Positions 33,568 to 44,211 of a stretch of DNA of 64,000 bases are shown in pieces (the first letter of the stretch is position 1; each line of letters begins with the position of its first letter). The stretch is taken from the NCBI GenBank assembly GCA_023703615.1, contig CP097971.1, forward strand, positions 86,315-150,314, given 5' to 3'. Source of the DNA: SAR86 cluster bacterium (lineage in GTDB: Bacteria; Pseudomonadota; Gammaproteobacteria; Magnimaribacterales; D2472). The position numbers were made by a program, and so were the translations under genes. The notes below the pieces were generated by a model. It saw only the letters and a list, made by a program, of their open reading frames with translations, was not told the DNA's origin and ran no database searches.

Positions 33568-33912
33568 TTGCCAAATAATAAGCTTAAAAAAATCTGCATT
33601 AAATCATTAGAAGAAAATAAAGCTAAAAATTTACTTGTTCTTGATGTAAAAAAAATATCTGCTTTTGCAGACTCATTAATAATTGTTTCAGCAACTTCTA
33701 ATAGACATGCAAAAACTCTTTCTAACAAATTGGTTGATTTAATAAAACTAAACCAACTTTGTATTTTAGGCATTGAAGGAGACGTAGAATCAGGATGGGT
33801 GCTTGTAGATTGCGGAGAGATTGTTATAAATATAATGACTAAAGAGACAAGGGATTATTATGACCTTGAAGGACTTTGGGGTGAAAAAACTCTTTTGAAC
33901 ACTTCAGCCTAA
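33568..33912 (+). CDS. rsfS: ribosome silencing factor RsfS (iojap)
   Basis: 114 aa, TTG start. Collinear with E. coli RsfS (LDVxxxSxxxDxxIIxSxTSxRH ... WxLxDxGxxVIHIM). Confidence 0.9.
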   Translation: MPNNKLKKICIKSLEENKAKNLLVLDVKKISAFADSLIIVSATSNRHAKTLSNKLVDLIKLNQLCILGIEGDVESGWVLVDCGEIVINIMTKETRDYYDLEGLWGEKTLLNTSA

Positions 33913-34377
33913 ATGGTCATCAAAATAATTTCAATTACTAACAAATTATCTAATTGGGAGCATCAAGGCTTGAAACATTTCACAAAACAATTTCCAAAAA
34001 GTATAAAAATAGATTTTATAAACTTAAAGAGTCAACAACATGTAAAAAGATCAAAGAAAGAAATTATGCATCTTGAAGAGAAGCTTATTTTGCCAAAATT
34101 AGCTAACGTAGACTCTATTATTTCATGGGATTGCTCTGGACAGCAGATAAATTCATTTGAATTTAGTAATTTCATTAAAACAAACATTATAAGTAAAAAA
34201 AATATTACATTTATAATTGGGGGTTCTTTTGGTTTAACTAAAAAAATTATTAAAGAATCAGATTTAGTTTTTTCTGCATCAAACTTAACCTTCCCACATA
34301 AAATCTTTAAAATATTGGTTGTAGAGCAAATATACAGAGCCTTATCAATAATAAATAATTCGCCTTATCACAAATGA
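33913..34377 (+). CDS. rlmH: 23S rRNA (pseudouridine1915-N3)-methyltransferase
   Basis: 154 aa SPOUT fold, ending in PYHK. Synteny rsfS-rlmH-mrdA. Confidence 0.9.
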   Translation: MVIKIISITNKLSNWEHQGLKHFTKQFPKSIKIDFINLKSQQHVKRSKKEIMHLEEKLILPKLANVDSIISWDCSGQQINSFEFSNFIKTNIISKKNITFIIGGSFGLTKKIIKESDLVFSASNLTFPHKIFKILVVEQIYRALSIINNSPYHK

Positions 34378-36212
34378 TTGATCTTGATGAAAGAAGAATC
34401 GAAAAAAAAAGTTTTTTTAATAGACTTCTTTTCATTTATTTAATTTTTGCTCTGCTATTTTTATTTTTTCTAGTAAGAATATATTCATTACAAATCTCAA
34501 GCTATTCAAGTTATGAATTAGCATCTTTGCAAAATAAAACAAGAGATTTATTAGTTCAGCCTATTAGAGGTCAAATATATGATAGGAATGGCAATGTGCT
34601 TGTAAAAAATGTTTCAAGTTACAACTTAATTATTAAAGCCTCAGAAATACAAAATATTGAAAAATTCATAATAAATATTAAAGAAATCTTGCCATTAAAT
34701 GATCAAGAAATTGAATATATAAATAAAAATTTTGCAAAAAAAGCTCTTTTTAATAGGGAGCTAACCATAAAGAAAAATCTCTCAAAGGAAGATATTGCAA
34801 AATTCGAAGTTAGAAAATTTAATTTTCCTAATGCTTTTATTGATGTTAGATACTCTAGATTTAATATGTATCCATATTTATTTGCACATTCTTTGGGTTA
34901 TGTTGGTGTAACTAGTGATGAAGAAATAAATTCAATTTTGGATGCTCAAAATTTAACTCAAGTTGAAACTATCTTTAAATATTCAAATGGATTTCTTAAA
35001 GGAAAAACAGGAATTGAGAGCACATATGATAATACTTTAAGAGGTGATTTTGGAAAAATAACATATGAGGTTGACGCTACTGGAAGATTTTTAGATGAGG
35101 TGAGCTTCTTACCTCCAAATAATGGAAAAAATATATATCTTGCGCTCGACTTAGAAGCCCAGCAAGAAGCTTTTAATCAAATAGATGGAAGAAGAGGTGC
35201 AATTGTTGCGGTTGAAATTAATACAGGAAAAATTGTAACTTATTTAAGTTCGCCAACATTTTCAATTAACAAAATTACCAGTGGTATATCAACAAAAGAA
35301 TTTAATGATTTGCTAAATGATTTAAGTAAACCTTTTTTTGATAGAGCTGGACAAGGTAGATATTCACCTGCCTCAACAATCAAACCCGCAATTGGTTTAT
35401 ATGGTATTGATAATAAAATTATTGATTGGAATTATACAATTGATGATCCAGGATATTTTATTTTACCCGAAGATCAAAGAGTTTATAGGGGCTGGAAAGA
35501 AGGTGGTCACGGCATAATAAATTTAAATGATGCAATTGTTGAGAGCTCTAACACTTTTTTCTTTTCACTAGCATACAATTCAGATATTAACTCTTTAATT
35601 GAACATTTATCTAACTTTGGTTTTGGTAAAAATGTTTGCGCAGATTGTTTCTACCCAGATAATGCGCTGTTGCCAAGCCCGCAATGGAAAATAAATAACA
35701 TTAATAGCAGTTGGTTTAAGGGCGACACGGTAAATTTAGGAGTTGGGCAAGGCTATCTTAGCGCTACTCCATTACAATTGTCCTACTATGCTGCTTTCCT
35801 TGCAAACAAAGGAAAGTTAAAAAAACTATCCTTTTTAAGTGATTTAGATCAACAAGAGACTCATTCATTAGTTCCAAAGAATATTACAAATAGCGATTGG
35901 AACAATCTTCATCAAAGCATGATTGATGTAATAGAGCATCCCAAAGGAACTGCAAAAAGACTTAAAAAAAACAAAGAATTTATTGTAGCTGCAAAATCTG
36001 GAACCGTAGAACTAGTAAGTTTAGATAGTAAAGAAGATTATGAAATTGTTAGAGAAAACAAAGGTAAAAGGGATCATGCAATAATTGTAGCATTTGGCCC
36101 AATGCCAGATCCTAAATATGCAGTAAGTGTTGTAATTGAGAATGGTGAAAGTGGTGGTTCTGTCGCAGGCCCAGTTGCAATAGAAGTTTTGAAAAAATTG
36201 ATAAAAGAATGA
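34374..36212 (+). CDS. mrdA: penicillin-binding protein 2 (elongasome transpeptidase)
   Basis: 612 aa. STIKP (SxxK), SSN and KSGT motifs. Confidence 0.92.
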   Translation: MIDLDERRIEKKSFFNRLLFIYLIFALLFLFFLVRIYSLQISSYSSYELASLQNKTRDLLVQPIRGQIYDRNGNVLVKNVSSYNLIIKASEIQNIEKFIINIKEILPLNDQEIEYINKNFAKKALFNRELTIKKNLSKEDIAKFEVRKFNFPNAFIDVRYSRFNMYPYLFAHSLGYVGVTSDEEINSILDAQNLTQVETIFKYSNGFLKGKTGIESTYDNTLRGDFGKITYEVDATGRFLDEVSFLPPNNGKNIYLALDLEAQQEAFNQIDGRRGAIVAVEINTGKIVTYLSSPTFSINKITSGISTKEFNDLLNDLSKPFFDRAGQGRYSPASTIKPAIGLYGIDNKIIDWNYTIDDPGYFILPEDQRVYRGWKEGGHGIINLNDAIVESSNTFFFSLAYNSDINSLIEHLSNFGFGKNVCADCFYPDNALLPSPQWKINNINSSWFKGDTVNLGVGQGYLSATPLQLSYYAAFLANKGKLKKLSFLSDLDQQETHSLVPKNITNSDWNNLHQSMIDVIEHPKGTAKRLKKNKEFIVAAKSGTVELVSLDSKEDYEIVRENKGKRDHAIIVAFGPMPDPKYAVSVVIENGESGGSVAGPVAIEVLKKLIKE

Positions 36213-37306
36213 AAATATTAAAATTTAAAAATTTTACAATTTATTTTGATCAGTATTTGTTTATTACGATATCTTTAATTTCTGTAATGGGATTATTTTT
36301 TCTCTACAGTGCTTCTCAAGGAAACTTAAATATCGTTATTAAGCAGGCTATGTTTGTCGCATTTGGTTTATTCTTAATGTTTTTTGTTAGTCAGCCCGAT
36401 CCAGATTTTTATAAGAATACTTCTAGCTTATTCTTATTAATATCTTTCATATTAATTATTATGACAATTTTTTTTGGCAAGGAAATGAATGGAGCAAAAA
36501 GATGGCTTAACTTTGGTTTTTTTACTCTTCAAACTTCTGAGATAATAAAAATATCTCTCCCAATTTTTTTAGCATCTTATTTATATAGCAAAAAACTTCC
36601 CATTAGTTTAAAAAACGCATCTATTTCAATAACCTTAATAGTTATAATTTTTTTATTGGTTGCAAGCCAACCAGATCTAGGAACCAGCATAGTAATTTTT
36701 TTAGCTGGTATGTATATATTATTTTTGGCAGGATTAAGTTGGAGGTTTATTGGCGCAGCATTTGGAATTTTAATTTTATCAACGCCTTTTTTATGGAATA
36801 ACTTCTTAGAGCCTTTTCAGAGGCAACGTATCCTTACTTTATTAAATCCAAATGAAGATCCTTATGGAACTGGATGGAATATAACTCAATCAAAAATTGC
36901 AATAGGCTCTGGAGGAATAAATGGCAAAGGATATCAAGAAGGCTCTCAAGCATATTTAGATTTTCTGCCGGAAACAGAAACAGACTTTATTTTTGCTGTA
37001 ATTGCGGAGGAATTTGGTTTTCTTGGAGTTTCAGTAATTTGTTTATTGTTTTTCTTTATTTTAGTTAGGTGTTTATATTTAGCATATAACGCTCGTGATA
37101 GATTTTGTAGATTGAGTATTGGAGGGCTTAGCTTAATTTTTGCTTCAACGCTTTTTATAAATCTAGGTATGGTGGTTGGCATTATTCCAGTTGTAGGCAT
37201 GCCATTGCCATTTATAAGCAAAGGAGGGTCATCTTTGCTATCATTCTATATTGCTTTTGGAATAATTATTTCGATGGCAACACATAAGAAGTTAATGCAA
37301 AGATGA
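36209..37306 (+). CDS. rodA: SEDS peptidoglycan polymerase RodA
   Basis: 365 aa, about 10 TM helices, conserved LPFISKGGSS end region. Overlaps mrdA by 4 nt. Confidence 0.92.
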   Translation: MKILKFKNFTIYFDQYLFITISLISVMGLFFLYSASQGNLNIVIKQAMFVAFGLFLMFFVSQPDPDFYKNTSSLFLLISFILIIMTIFFGKEMNGAKRWLNFGFFTLQTSEIIKISLPIFLASYLYSKKLPISLKNASISITLIVIIFLLVASQPDLGTSIVIFLAGMYILFLAGLSWRFIGAAFGILILSTPFLWNNFLEPFQRQRILTLLNPNEDPYGTGWNITQSKIAIGSGGINGKGYQEGSQAYLDFLPETETDFIFAVIAEEFGFLGVSVICLLFFFILVRCLYLAYNARDRFCRLSIGGLSLIFASTLFINLGMVVGIIPVVGMPLPFISKGGSSLLSFYIAFGIIISMATHKKLMQR

Positions 37307-38187
37307 GAATAATTCTAATAACAATTTTTTTTATATCTCAGCTTCAATCTGATTATTCCAATCATCCAGAAGCTGAAGCTATAATTGAAGAGCTTGTAAA
37401 CAAACATAATTTTGAGAGCACTTACGTCATAGAAGTCTTATCCAAAGCTAAAAAACAACAAAAAATATTAGATGCCATCTCTAGTCCAGCTGAATTCACA
37501 CTAACTTGGGATAGATACAAAAAAATATTTATTGAAGAAAAGAGAATTAGAAATGGAAAAAAATTCATTAATGATAATTTGCTGATACTTAACAAGGCCG
37601 AAAAAGAATTTGGTGTCCCAAAAGAAATTATTACAGCTATTATTGGAGTTGAAACTAGATACGGATCAATACAAGGAAGGCATAAAGTTCTAGACAGCTT
37701 AACAACTCTTGGTTTTGATTATCCAAAAAGAGCAAAGTTTTTTAAAAGTGAATTAATAAATTTTTTTCTATTAACAAGAGAAAATGATATAGATATTTTA
37801 AATGTAAAAGGATCTTATGCAGGTGCCATGGGTTATGGTCAATTCATATCATCTAGCTATAGAGCATATTCAGTTGATTATAATAATGATGGGATTAGTG
37901 ATTTATTTTCTTCGACTGAGGATGCAATTGGAAGTGTTGCAAATTATTTATATGTCCATGGATGGAAAAGGGAAGGTAAAATTGTTACAAAAGTTTATCC
38001 AAATAATGTTAGAAAAGTATATAAACCAAATAAAAATCTTTCAAAATTTATTCCATTAAGTTTTAATGAGGACGAAAAAGAAATTTATTTTGTAGGAGAT
38101 GATAATTTTGTTGCTATAACCAAATATAATATAAGTCATTTTTATGCAATGGCTGTTTATTATTTGTCAGAAGAGTTGAAATTATGA
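37303..38187 (+). CDS. mltB: lytic murein transglycosylase B family
   Basis: 294 aa. Has GVETRYG and GAMGYGQFISSSY motifs. Confidence 0.85.
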   Translation: MRIILITIFFISQLQSDYSNHPEAEAIIEELVNKHNFESTYVIEVLSKAKKQQKILDAISSPAEFTLTWDRYKKIFIEEKRIRNGKKFINDNLLILNKAEKEFGVPKEIITAIIGVETRYGSIQGRHKVLDSLTTLGFDYPKRAKFFKSELINFFLLTRENDIDILNVKGSYAGAMGYGQFISSSYRAYSVDYNNDGISDLFSSTEDAIGSVANYLYVHGWKREGKIVTKVYPNNVRKVYKPNKNLSKFIPLSFNEDEKEIYFVGDDNFVAITKYNISHFYAMAVYYLSEELKL

Positions 38188-39353
38188 AATATTTACTATT
38201 AGTTTTTTTATCCTTTGGGAATTTTTTATTTTCTCAAAATTTTATTCCTAATTCTCCTGAATTAGACGTTAAAAGTTATATCCTCTATGAGCCTAATACT
38301 GGAAAAATAATTGCAGAATATAACTCTGACGAATTAATTGAGCCTGCAAGCATGACAAAAATTATGACAAGCTATGTTCTTGCAGAACAAATTGAGACTA
38401 ATTTATTGGATTTGAATGAAGAAGTAAAAATTAGTGAGAGAGCATGGAAAGTTGGGGGATCTTCAAATTATTTAGAACCAAGAGATAAAGTAAATGTAGA
38501 CCAACTAATTAAAGGAATGATCGTAGCATCAGGAAATGATGCTGCAGTAGCTTTGGCTGAAAAGGCTGGTGGAACTGAAGATGGGTTTGTAGACATCATG
38601 AATGCTTACGCAAAATCAATGAACTTATCAAATACTAATTATGTAAATTCTACTGGTATGCCAGAACCTAACCATTATACTAGCGCCAAAGATCTTTCTA
38701 TTTTGACAGCAAACTTGATAAAGGATTATCCTGAGCACTATTCATTATATAAAGAAAAATATTTCACTTGTGAAACATGCAGATGGGGTAAAAGACAAAA
38801 ATCAACGAATATACTTTTATGGCAAGATGATTCTGTTGATGGAGTTAAAACTGGTTTCACAGAATCAGCTGGCTGGTGTTTAGTTTCATCAGCCGAAAGA
38901 GGATCAATGAGATTGATTTCAGTTATTGCCGGAGCTGAGGACGAAACATCAAGAATTCAATCAACAAGAAGGCTTCTTGAGTATGGGTTTAAATTTTTTG
39001 TTACTCAAAAAATATTAGATGCAAATGAAGAATACAAAGAGGTCACTGTATGGGGAGGTCAAGATGATACGCTAGCTTTGGGCGTGGCAGATAATGTCTC
39101 TATTACAATTCCAAGAACTAGTTTTAAAGATCTTAAAATAAACTACACATTTAAAAATAACATTCAAGCTCCAATAAGCTTTGGTCAAAAAATTGGTACA
39201 GTAGATATACTAAGCAATGATCAAATTATTTTATCTAAAGATTTAGTTGCATTAAAAGATATTCAAGCAAAAGGTTTTTTTGGAAGACTATGGTCTAAAT
39301 TTGTTTTATGGATATTTAGTTTATTTGGAATGACAGATAGTGAATCAAATTAA
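38184..39353 (+). CDS. dacA: D-alanyl-D-alanine carboxypeptidase (PBP5/6 class)
   Basis: 389 aa. SMTK (SxxK), SGND and KTGFT motifs, plus a C-terminal amphipathic anchor. Confidence 0.9.
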   Translation: MKYLLLVFLSFGNFLFSQNFIPNSPELDVKSYILYEPNTGKIIAEYNSDELIEPASMTKIMTSYVLAEQIETNLLDLNEEVKISERAWKVGGSSNYLEPRDKVNVDQLIKGMIVASGNDAAVALAEKAGGTEDGFVDIMNAYAKSMNLSNTNYVNSTGMPEPNHYTSAKDLSILTANLIKDYPEHYSLYKEKYFTCETCRWGKRQKSTNILLWQDDSVDGVKTGFTESAGWCLVSSAERGSMRLISVIAGAEDETSRIQSTRRLLEYGFKFFVTQKILDANEEYKEVTVWGGQDDTLALGVADNVSITIPRTSFKDLKINYTFKNNIQAPISFGQKIGTVDILSNDQIILSKDLVALKDIQAKGFFGRLWSKFVLWIFSLFGMTDSESN

Positions 39354-40167
39354 TGCTTTCTACAATGGAGTATTTGATTTACTCGAAAATATCAAGGTAT
39401 CGCCTTTAAGTAGAGCATATACATTTTCTGATAGTGTCTATGAAGTAGTTCCATTTGTGAGAGGTAAATCAATCGCGCACTCATTGCATATGGATAGATT
39501 AAAAAAAAGTTCTAAAAATTTAAATATTACTTTTAACTTGAACTTAGTAAGTTCTGAAATAAAAACTTTAATTGACAATTGCAAAAGCAAAAATGGATAC
39601 GTTTACTATCAAATTTCTCGAGGAATAGATGAAATAAGGTCGCACATTCACTCTTCAAATATTACTAATGAAACTTTTGGATATGCAAAGCCATATGAAT
39701 TTAAAATAAAAGGAATTAAAGTTCTGATGTGTGATGATTTGAGATGGGGTAGATGCGATATAAAATCAACTTCTTTGCTTGGAAATGTAATGCAAATGAA
39801 TGAGGCAAGTAAATATAATTGTGAGGAAGTAATAATGTTTAAAGGAAAAAATATTACAGAGGGCGGTGCGTCTAATGTATTTTTTGTTAAAAATAATGAA
39901 ATATGTACTCCTTCTTTATCTTCAAATATTTTGCCTGGCATAACAAGATCTTTGCTTATTGAAAATCTCAAGAAAAAAAATATAGTTGTAAATGAGAGTA
40001 AATACACACTCAAAGACATAAAGGAAGCGTCATCAATTTGGTTTACTAGCTCAACCAAACCAATTGCGCCAGTCATAGAAGTTCGAGATATTAATAAATC
40101 ATTTGATCTAAACGATGATCTTTATTTAGAAAGTTTAGACATCCTAAAGGAAATCTACTTTATTTAG
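39340..40167 (+). CDS. class IV (D-amino acid/branched-chain type) aminotransferase
   Basis: 275 aa with fold-type IV pattern (YxxxVYEVV near the N-terminus, GITR motif). Dat, IlvE-like or PabC cannot be distinguished by eye. Confidence 0.7.
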   Translation: MNQINAFYNGVFDLLENIKVSPLSRAYTFSDSVYEVVPFVRGKSIAHSLHMDRLKKSSKNLNITFNLNLVSSEIKTLIDNCKSKNGYVYYQISRGIDEIRSHIHSSNITNETFGYAKPYEFKIKGIKVLMCDDLRWGRCDIKSTSLLGNVMQMNEASKYNCEEVIMFKGKNITEGGASNVFFVKNNEICTPSLSSNILPGITRSLLIENLKKKNIVVNESKYTLKDIKEASSIWFTSSTKPIAPVIEVRDINKSFDLNDDLYLESLDILKEIYFI

Positions 40168-41137
40168 CAGTCAGCTTAAGAACCAACATGCTTATTTCAT
40201 TCCAAAAATTCTTTTGACTTAAGCCTTTAACTGCAAGATCGAGTTCGAAAACTTTTTTTTGAATTTTGATTAGTTCATTATGGTTAAATCCATTGATAAA
40301 ATTTAAATATAGAGTAATTTTATTTTGCCAAACTCCAGATTCTTGTAAGCTTTTTTTGGGATAGCTGCTTGTTACAGCACTTATAGATGTATTAATAATT
40401 TTTCCAATTATCCAAATTAAAAGAGGGCCATAATGATCTTCATTCTTTTTTATAGTATTGAGTATTCTTAAAGAAGATTTAGCATTTTTGTTAATGATTG
40501 CGTCTTCCAATTCAAATGGAACAAATTCTGAAGAGTCATTGAATTGTTTTATAGGAATTTCTGACTTAGAAAGATTAAGCAGTTTAAGCACTTCAATTTC
40601 ATTTTTTTGTGCTGCTAAATTCCCAACATTCATATTTGAAATAATTTCAACGTATTCATTTACTTTAGTATCTTGCAAAAAATTTAACTTGCTTTTAAGC
40701 CAAATTTTTTCTTCGAAGGATTTTAATTTTTTGCATTCAATTATTAAGCCTTGAGCATCAATCTTTTTTATGAGTTTAGTTGTTTTAGATATTTTTTCAG
40801 CTTGTGAATTGATTATGATGGCAATATTTTTAGATACTAACCCCTTTTTTTCAAAAACCATATTTAAAGAATCTGGTAATCTACCCTTAGCAAGCTCAAT
40901 ATCAATTATCGTTTTTGATCCAAACAATGAGCCACTAGAATTCTCAATAATAGTTTTTTCAATCTCATTAATCTGACTTGAATCTAAAAAAATCTTTTCA
41001 GAAAAACCTGATTTCTCCAAAAATTTTTTAATCATCTTTTTTGATTCATTTTTTAGAACTATCTCAGACCCGTAAATAAAATATATTAAAGGTGATTTAT
41101 CAATATATTTATTTAACGATGTAGCTTCACAAATCAA
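40160..41137 (-). CDS. holA: DNA polymerase III delta subunit
   Basis: 325 aa. Weakly conserved family; the call rests on length, the YxxYGxE-type N-terminus (FIYGSE) and conserved leuS-lptE-holA synteny. Confidence 0.65.
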   Translation of the reverse strand: MICEATSLNKYIDKSPLIYFIYGSEIVLKNESKKMIKKFLEKSGFSEKIFLDSSQINEIEKTIIENSSGSLFGSKTIIDIELAKGRLPDSLNMVFEKKGLVSKNIAIIINSQAEKISKTTKLIKKIDAQGLIIECKKLKSFEEKIWLKSKLNFLQDTKVNEYVEIISNMNVGNLAAQKNEIEVLKLLNLSKSEIPIKQFNDSSEFVPFELEDAIINKNAKSSLRILNTIKKNEDHYGPLLIWIIGKIINTSISAVTSSYPKKSLQESGVWQNKITLYLNFINGFNHNELIKIQKKVFELDLAVKGLSQKNFWNEISMLVLKLTAK

Positions 41138-41570
41138 ATGTATCGACCTCTATTATAATTTTTTTTATAACATCATTTTGTAGTTCTTTTTCTAAAATTT
41201 TTATCATTTCATTTTCTGCAAGTGGATTTAGCTCATTTGTTTTATACCTTCGAATTGAAACGATACTTTTTCTAATCTCTTTTTTATTATTTTTAATTAA
41301 CAGATTCACTGAAAGTTTTATTTCACCCTCTAATGCTCTTATAGATGGACTTCCAAATACTTCATATTTACTCATACGATAGTCATTTATTTCTGCATCC
41401 AGTAAATTAGAATAAGTATTATTTGATTTAAAAGCTGAAGAGATACTCAATGGAATTGAATTATCAAAATTAAAATTAACAAAGTTTGAAGAAGTTCCAA
41501 TTTCTAATTGTTTATAGTTACAACCAAATAATAGGAATAATGAAAATAAAGAAATAAAAATAAACTTCAT
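41127..41570 (-). CDS. lptE: LPS-assembly lipoprotein LptE
   Basis: 147 aa. Lipobox LLFGC. Sits immediately after leuS, as in other gammaproteobacteria. Confidence 0.6.
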   Translation of the reverse strand: MKFIFISLFSLFLLFGCNYKQLEIGTSSNFVNFNFDNSIPLSISSAFKSNNTYSNLLDAEINDYRMSKYEVFGSPSIRALEGEIKLSVNLLIKNNKKEIRKSIVSIRRYKTNELNPLAENEMIKILEKELQNDVIKKIIIEVDTFDL

Positions 41571-41593
41571 AAATATATATTAAAGCCGATTTC

Positions 41594-44011
41594 TCAGATA
41601 ACAAAATTTAATATCTTTTCTTCAATGTAGATAACTTTTTTAATTTTTTTGTTTTGAAGATTTGAACCAACATTTTCTATTTTTTTAGCAAGCTCTTCAA
41701 TTTGATTCTGACTTGTATCTTTCATAATCTTAATCTTTCCCCTTACTTTTCCATTTATCTGAACTACTAATAAAAAATCCTCTTTTTTAATTAAATCTTC
41801 ATCAAATACTGGCCAAGAGCTTTCAATATTTCCTAGTTCTTTTTCGTCAAAAAATCCATCCCACAGATGTTCTGATATGTGAGGTGAAATTGGGTAAAGC
41901 ATTTTTAATATTGAAATTATAAGTTCATTTAAACAATATTTTTGATTTTCATTGGCATCATCTTTTTTGAAATCATCCGGTATATAATTTAGTAACTCCA
42001 TTATTGATGCGATAGCTGTATTAAAACCAAATCTGCTCTCAAAATCATTTGTTACTTTTCTTATTGTTTCATGTGTTTTACGCCGCAAATCTCTCTCATT
42101 TTGTGTAAAAGACTTTGGTATTGAAATTTCACTATACTTTTTAGTGACTACCAGCGACCATATTCTTTTTAAAAATCTATATGCACCTTCAACTGATGAT
42201 TCAGACCACTCTAAGCTTTGTTCGGGCGGAGCAGTAAACATCATATAAAGTCGTATCGTATCAGCCCCATATTTATCAATGTAAGACTGAGGATCAACAG
42301 TATTCCCCTTTGATTTTGACATTTTTGCACTATCTTTAAGAACCATACCTTGCGTAAGTAATTTTTTGAAAGGTTCATCTCCCTTAACCAAACCAAGATC
42401 TCTCATTGCTTTGTGAAAAAATCTTGAATATAACAAATGAAGAATGGCATGTTCTATCCCTCCTATATAGAGATCTACGGGAAGCCAGTATTTTGAATTA
42501 TCATCAAATATTGAGGATTTATTTTCAGAAGAGGTAAATCTAGCATAATACCAAGACGAATCCATAAATGTGTCAAATGTATCTGTTTCTCTTTCAATAT
42601 TTGAAGAGATTTTTTTAAATGAGTCATTTTGGCTTAGTGGAATTGGCCCAGTTCCTTTTTTAAGTTTAGGAAGCTTAATTGGTATATTGTCATCCTCAAC
42701 AAGTTTAGGTATTCCATCTTCATAAATCACAGGTATTGGACAACCCCAGTATCTTTGTCTACTTATACCCCAATCCCTCAATCTGAATTGTATTAATGGA
42801 TTTCCAAGATTTTTATTTATTAAGTCACTAATAATTTTTTCAGACGCATCGTCAGAAGTCATACCATCATAAATATCAGAATTAATTAAAATACCTTTAT
42901 TAATAATTGGAATAACCTCCTCTTTATTATTTGTTGTAATTACTTGTGGTATTTCAATATCATACTTTTTTGCAAATTCATAATCCCTTTGATCATGACC
43001 AGGCACACCCATTACAACACCAGTCCCATATTCTAATAAAACAAAGTTACCAATCCATAGAGGCAATTTATTACCTGTTAATGGATGAATAGCATTTATT
43101 TGAGTTTTAATACCTAACTTTTCAGCTTTAGCCATGTCTGCCTCAGCAACTTTTTGTTTTTTACATTTCTCTAAGAACTTTTTTATATCTTTATTTTCTT
43201 TTGCTAGCTGTATGGATATTTCGTGATTTGGAGAAATTGCGAGAAAGCTCACCCCAAAAATAGTGTCTGGTCTTGTGGAGAAAACTTTTAGGGGACTATC
43301 TGATTTATCTACCTTATATATTATTTCTGCACCTTTTGACTTACCTATCCAATTTCTTTGCATTAATTTTACTCTTTCCGGCCAGTCAACGTCATCAAGA
43401 GAACTTAATAATTCTTCAGCATAATCAGTAATTTTTATAAACCATTGATCAATTTCCTTAATTACAACTTTTGCGCCTGATCTCCATCCTAAACCATCTA
43501 TGACCTGTTCATTCGCTAGAACAGTTTCATCGACGGGATCCCAATTAACCAAAGCTTTTTTTCTGTAAATCAAATTATTTTCATAAAATTTCTTAAATAA
43601 ATGCTGTTCCCATTTAAAATAATTTGGGTCGCAAGTACTTAGCTCTTTAGACCAGTCGTAGCCAAGACCCAGAGAAATCATCTGTTTTTTCATATATTTT
43701 ATGTTCTCATTAGTCCATTCTTGTGGAGTTACATTATTTGCAATTGCTGCGTTTTCTGCAGGTAGACCAAATGCATCCCAACCCATAGGCTGGAATACAT
43801 TGTAATTATTCATTCTTTTAAATCTTGAAATTACATCACCAATTGTATAATTCCTCACATGGCCCATATGTAATTTACCAGATGGATAAGGAAACATTGA
43901 AAGACAATAAAATTTTTCTCTGTCGTCAGGTTTGGCTTTAAACCTTTCTTCCTTGATCCATTTGTCTTGAACAAGAGCTTCTATTTTTTTGAAATTATAT
44001 TCAGGAACCAT
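41594..44011 (-). CDS. leuS: leucine--tRNA ligase
   Basis: 805 aa. PYPSGKLHMGH (HIGH) and KMSKSKGN motifs, plus a CP1 editing domain. Confidence 0.97.
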   Translation of the reverse strand: MVPEYNFKKIEALVQDKWIKEERFKAKPDDREKFYCLSMFPYPSGKLHMGHVRNYTIGDVISRFKRMNNYNVFQPMGWDAFGLPAENAAIANNVTPQEWTNENIKYMKKQMISLGLGYDWSKELSTCDPNYFKWEQHLFKKFYENNLIYRKKALVNWDPVDETVLANEQVIDGLGWRSGAKVVIKEIDQWFIKITDYAEELLSSLDDVDWPERVKLMQRNWIGKSKGAEIIYKVDKSDSPLKVFSTRPDTIFGVSFLAISPNHEISIQLAKENKDIKKFLEKCKKQKVAEADMAKAEKLGIKTQINAIHPLTGNKLPLWIGNFVLLEYGTGVVMGVPGHDQRDYEFAKKYDIEIPQVITTNNKEEVIPIINKGILINSDIYDGMTSDDASEKIISDLINKNLGNPLIQFRLRDWGISRQRYWGCPIPVIYEDGIPKLVEDDNIPIKLPKLKKGTGPIPLSQNDSFKKISSNIERETDTFDTFMDSSWYYARFTSSENKSSIFDDNSKYWLPVDLYIGGIEHAILHLLYSRFFHKAMRDLGLVKGDEPFKKLLTQGMVLKDSAKMSKSKGNTVDPQSYIDKYGADTIRLYMMFTAPPEQSLEWSESSVEGAYRFLKRIWSLVVTKKYSEISIPKSFTQNERDLRRKTHETIRKVTNDFESRFGFNTAIASIMELLNYIPDDFKKDDANENQKYCLNELIISILKMLYPISPHISEHLWDGFFDEKELGNIESSWPVFDEDLIKKEDFLLVVQINGKVRGKIKIMKDTSQNQIEELAKKIENVGSNLQNKKIKKVIYIEEKILNFVI

Positions 44012-44036
44012 ATTTTTATAAGTTATTTGACAATAT

Positions 44037-44207
44037 CTATTGTTCGAATTTCTTTATCACTATTTCTTCTTCAGTTGATTTAGATTCATCATTTTTAATA
44101 TTTTTTTTACTTAATCTAACTGACGTATCTCCATCTTTTACTTCAATTTCTGCCAAGTTAGACTCTTGAAGCATTTCTATTAAAGTTTTTATCTTTCTTA
44201 TATCCAT
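44037..44207 (-). CDS. unlisted 56-aa ORF matching only the N-terminal domain of biotin carboxyl carrier protein AccB; either a domain-only protein or a gene remnant
   Basis: My translation: MDIRKIKTLIEMLQESNLAEIEVKDGDTSVRLSKKNIKNDESKSTEEEIVIKKFEQ*. E. coli AccB starts [34 protein letters not shown]. There is no biotinyl (MKM) domain. It starts 4 nt after the aroQ stop, the position accB normally occupies. Confidence 0.6.
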   Translation of the reverse strand: MDIRKIKTLIEMLQESNLAEIEVKDGDTSVRLSKKNIKNDESKSTEEEIVIKKFEQ

Positions 44208-44211
44208 ATTT

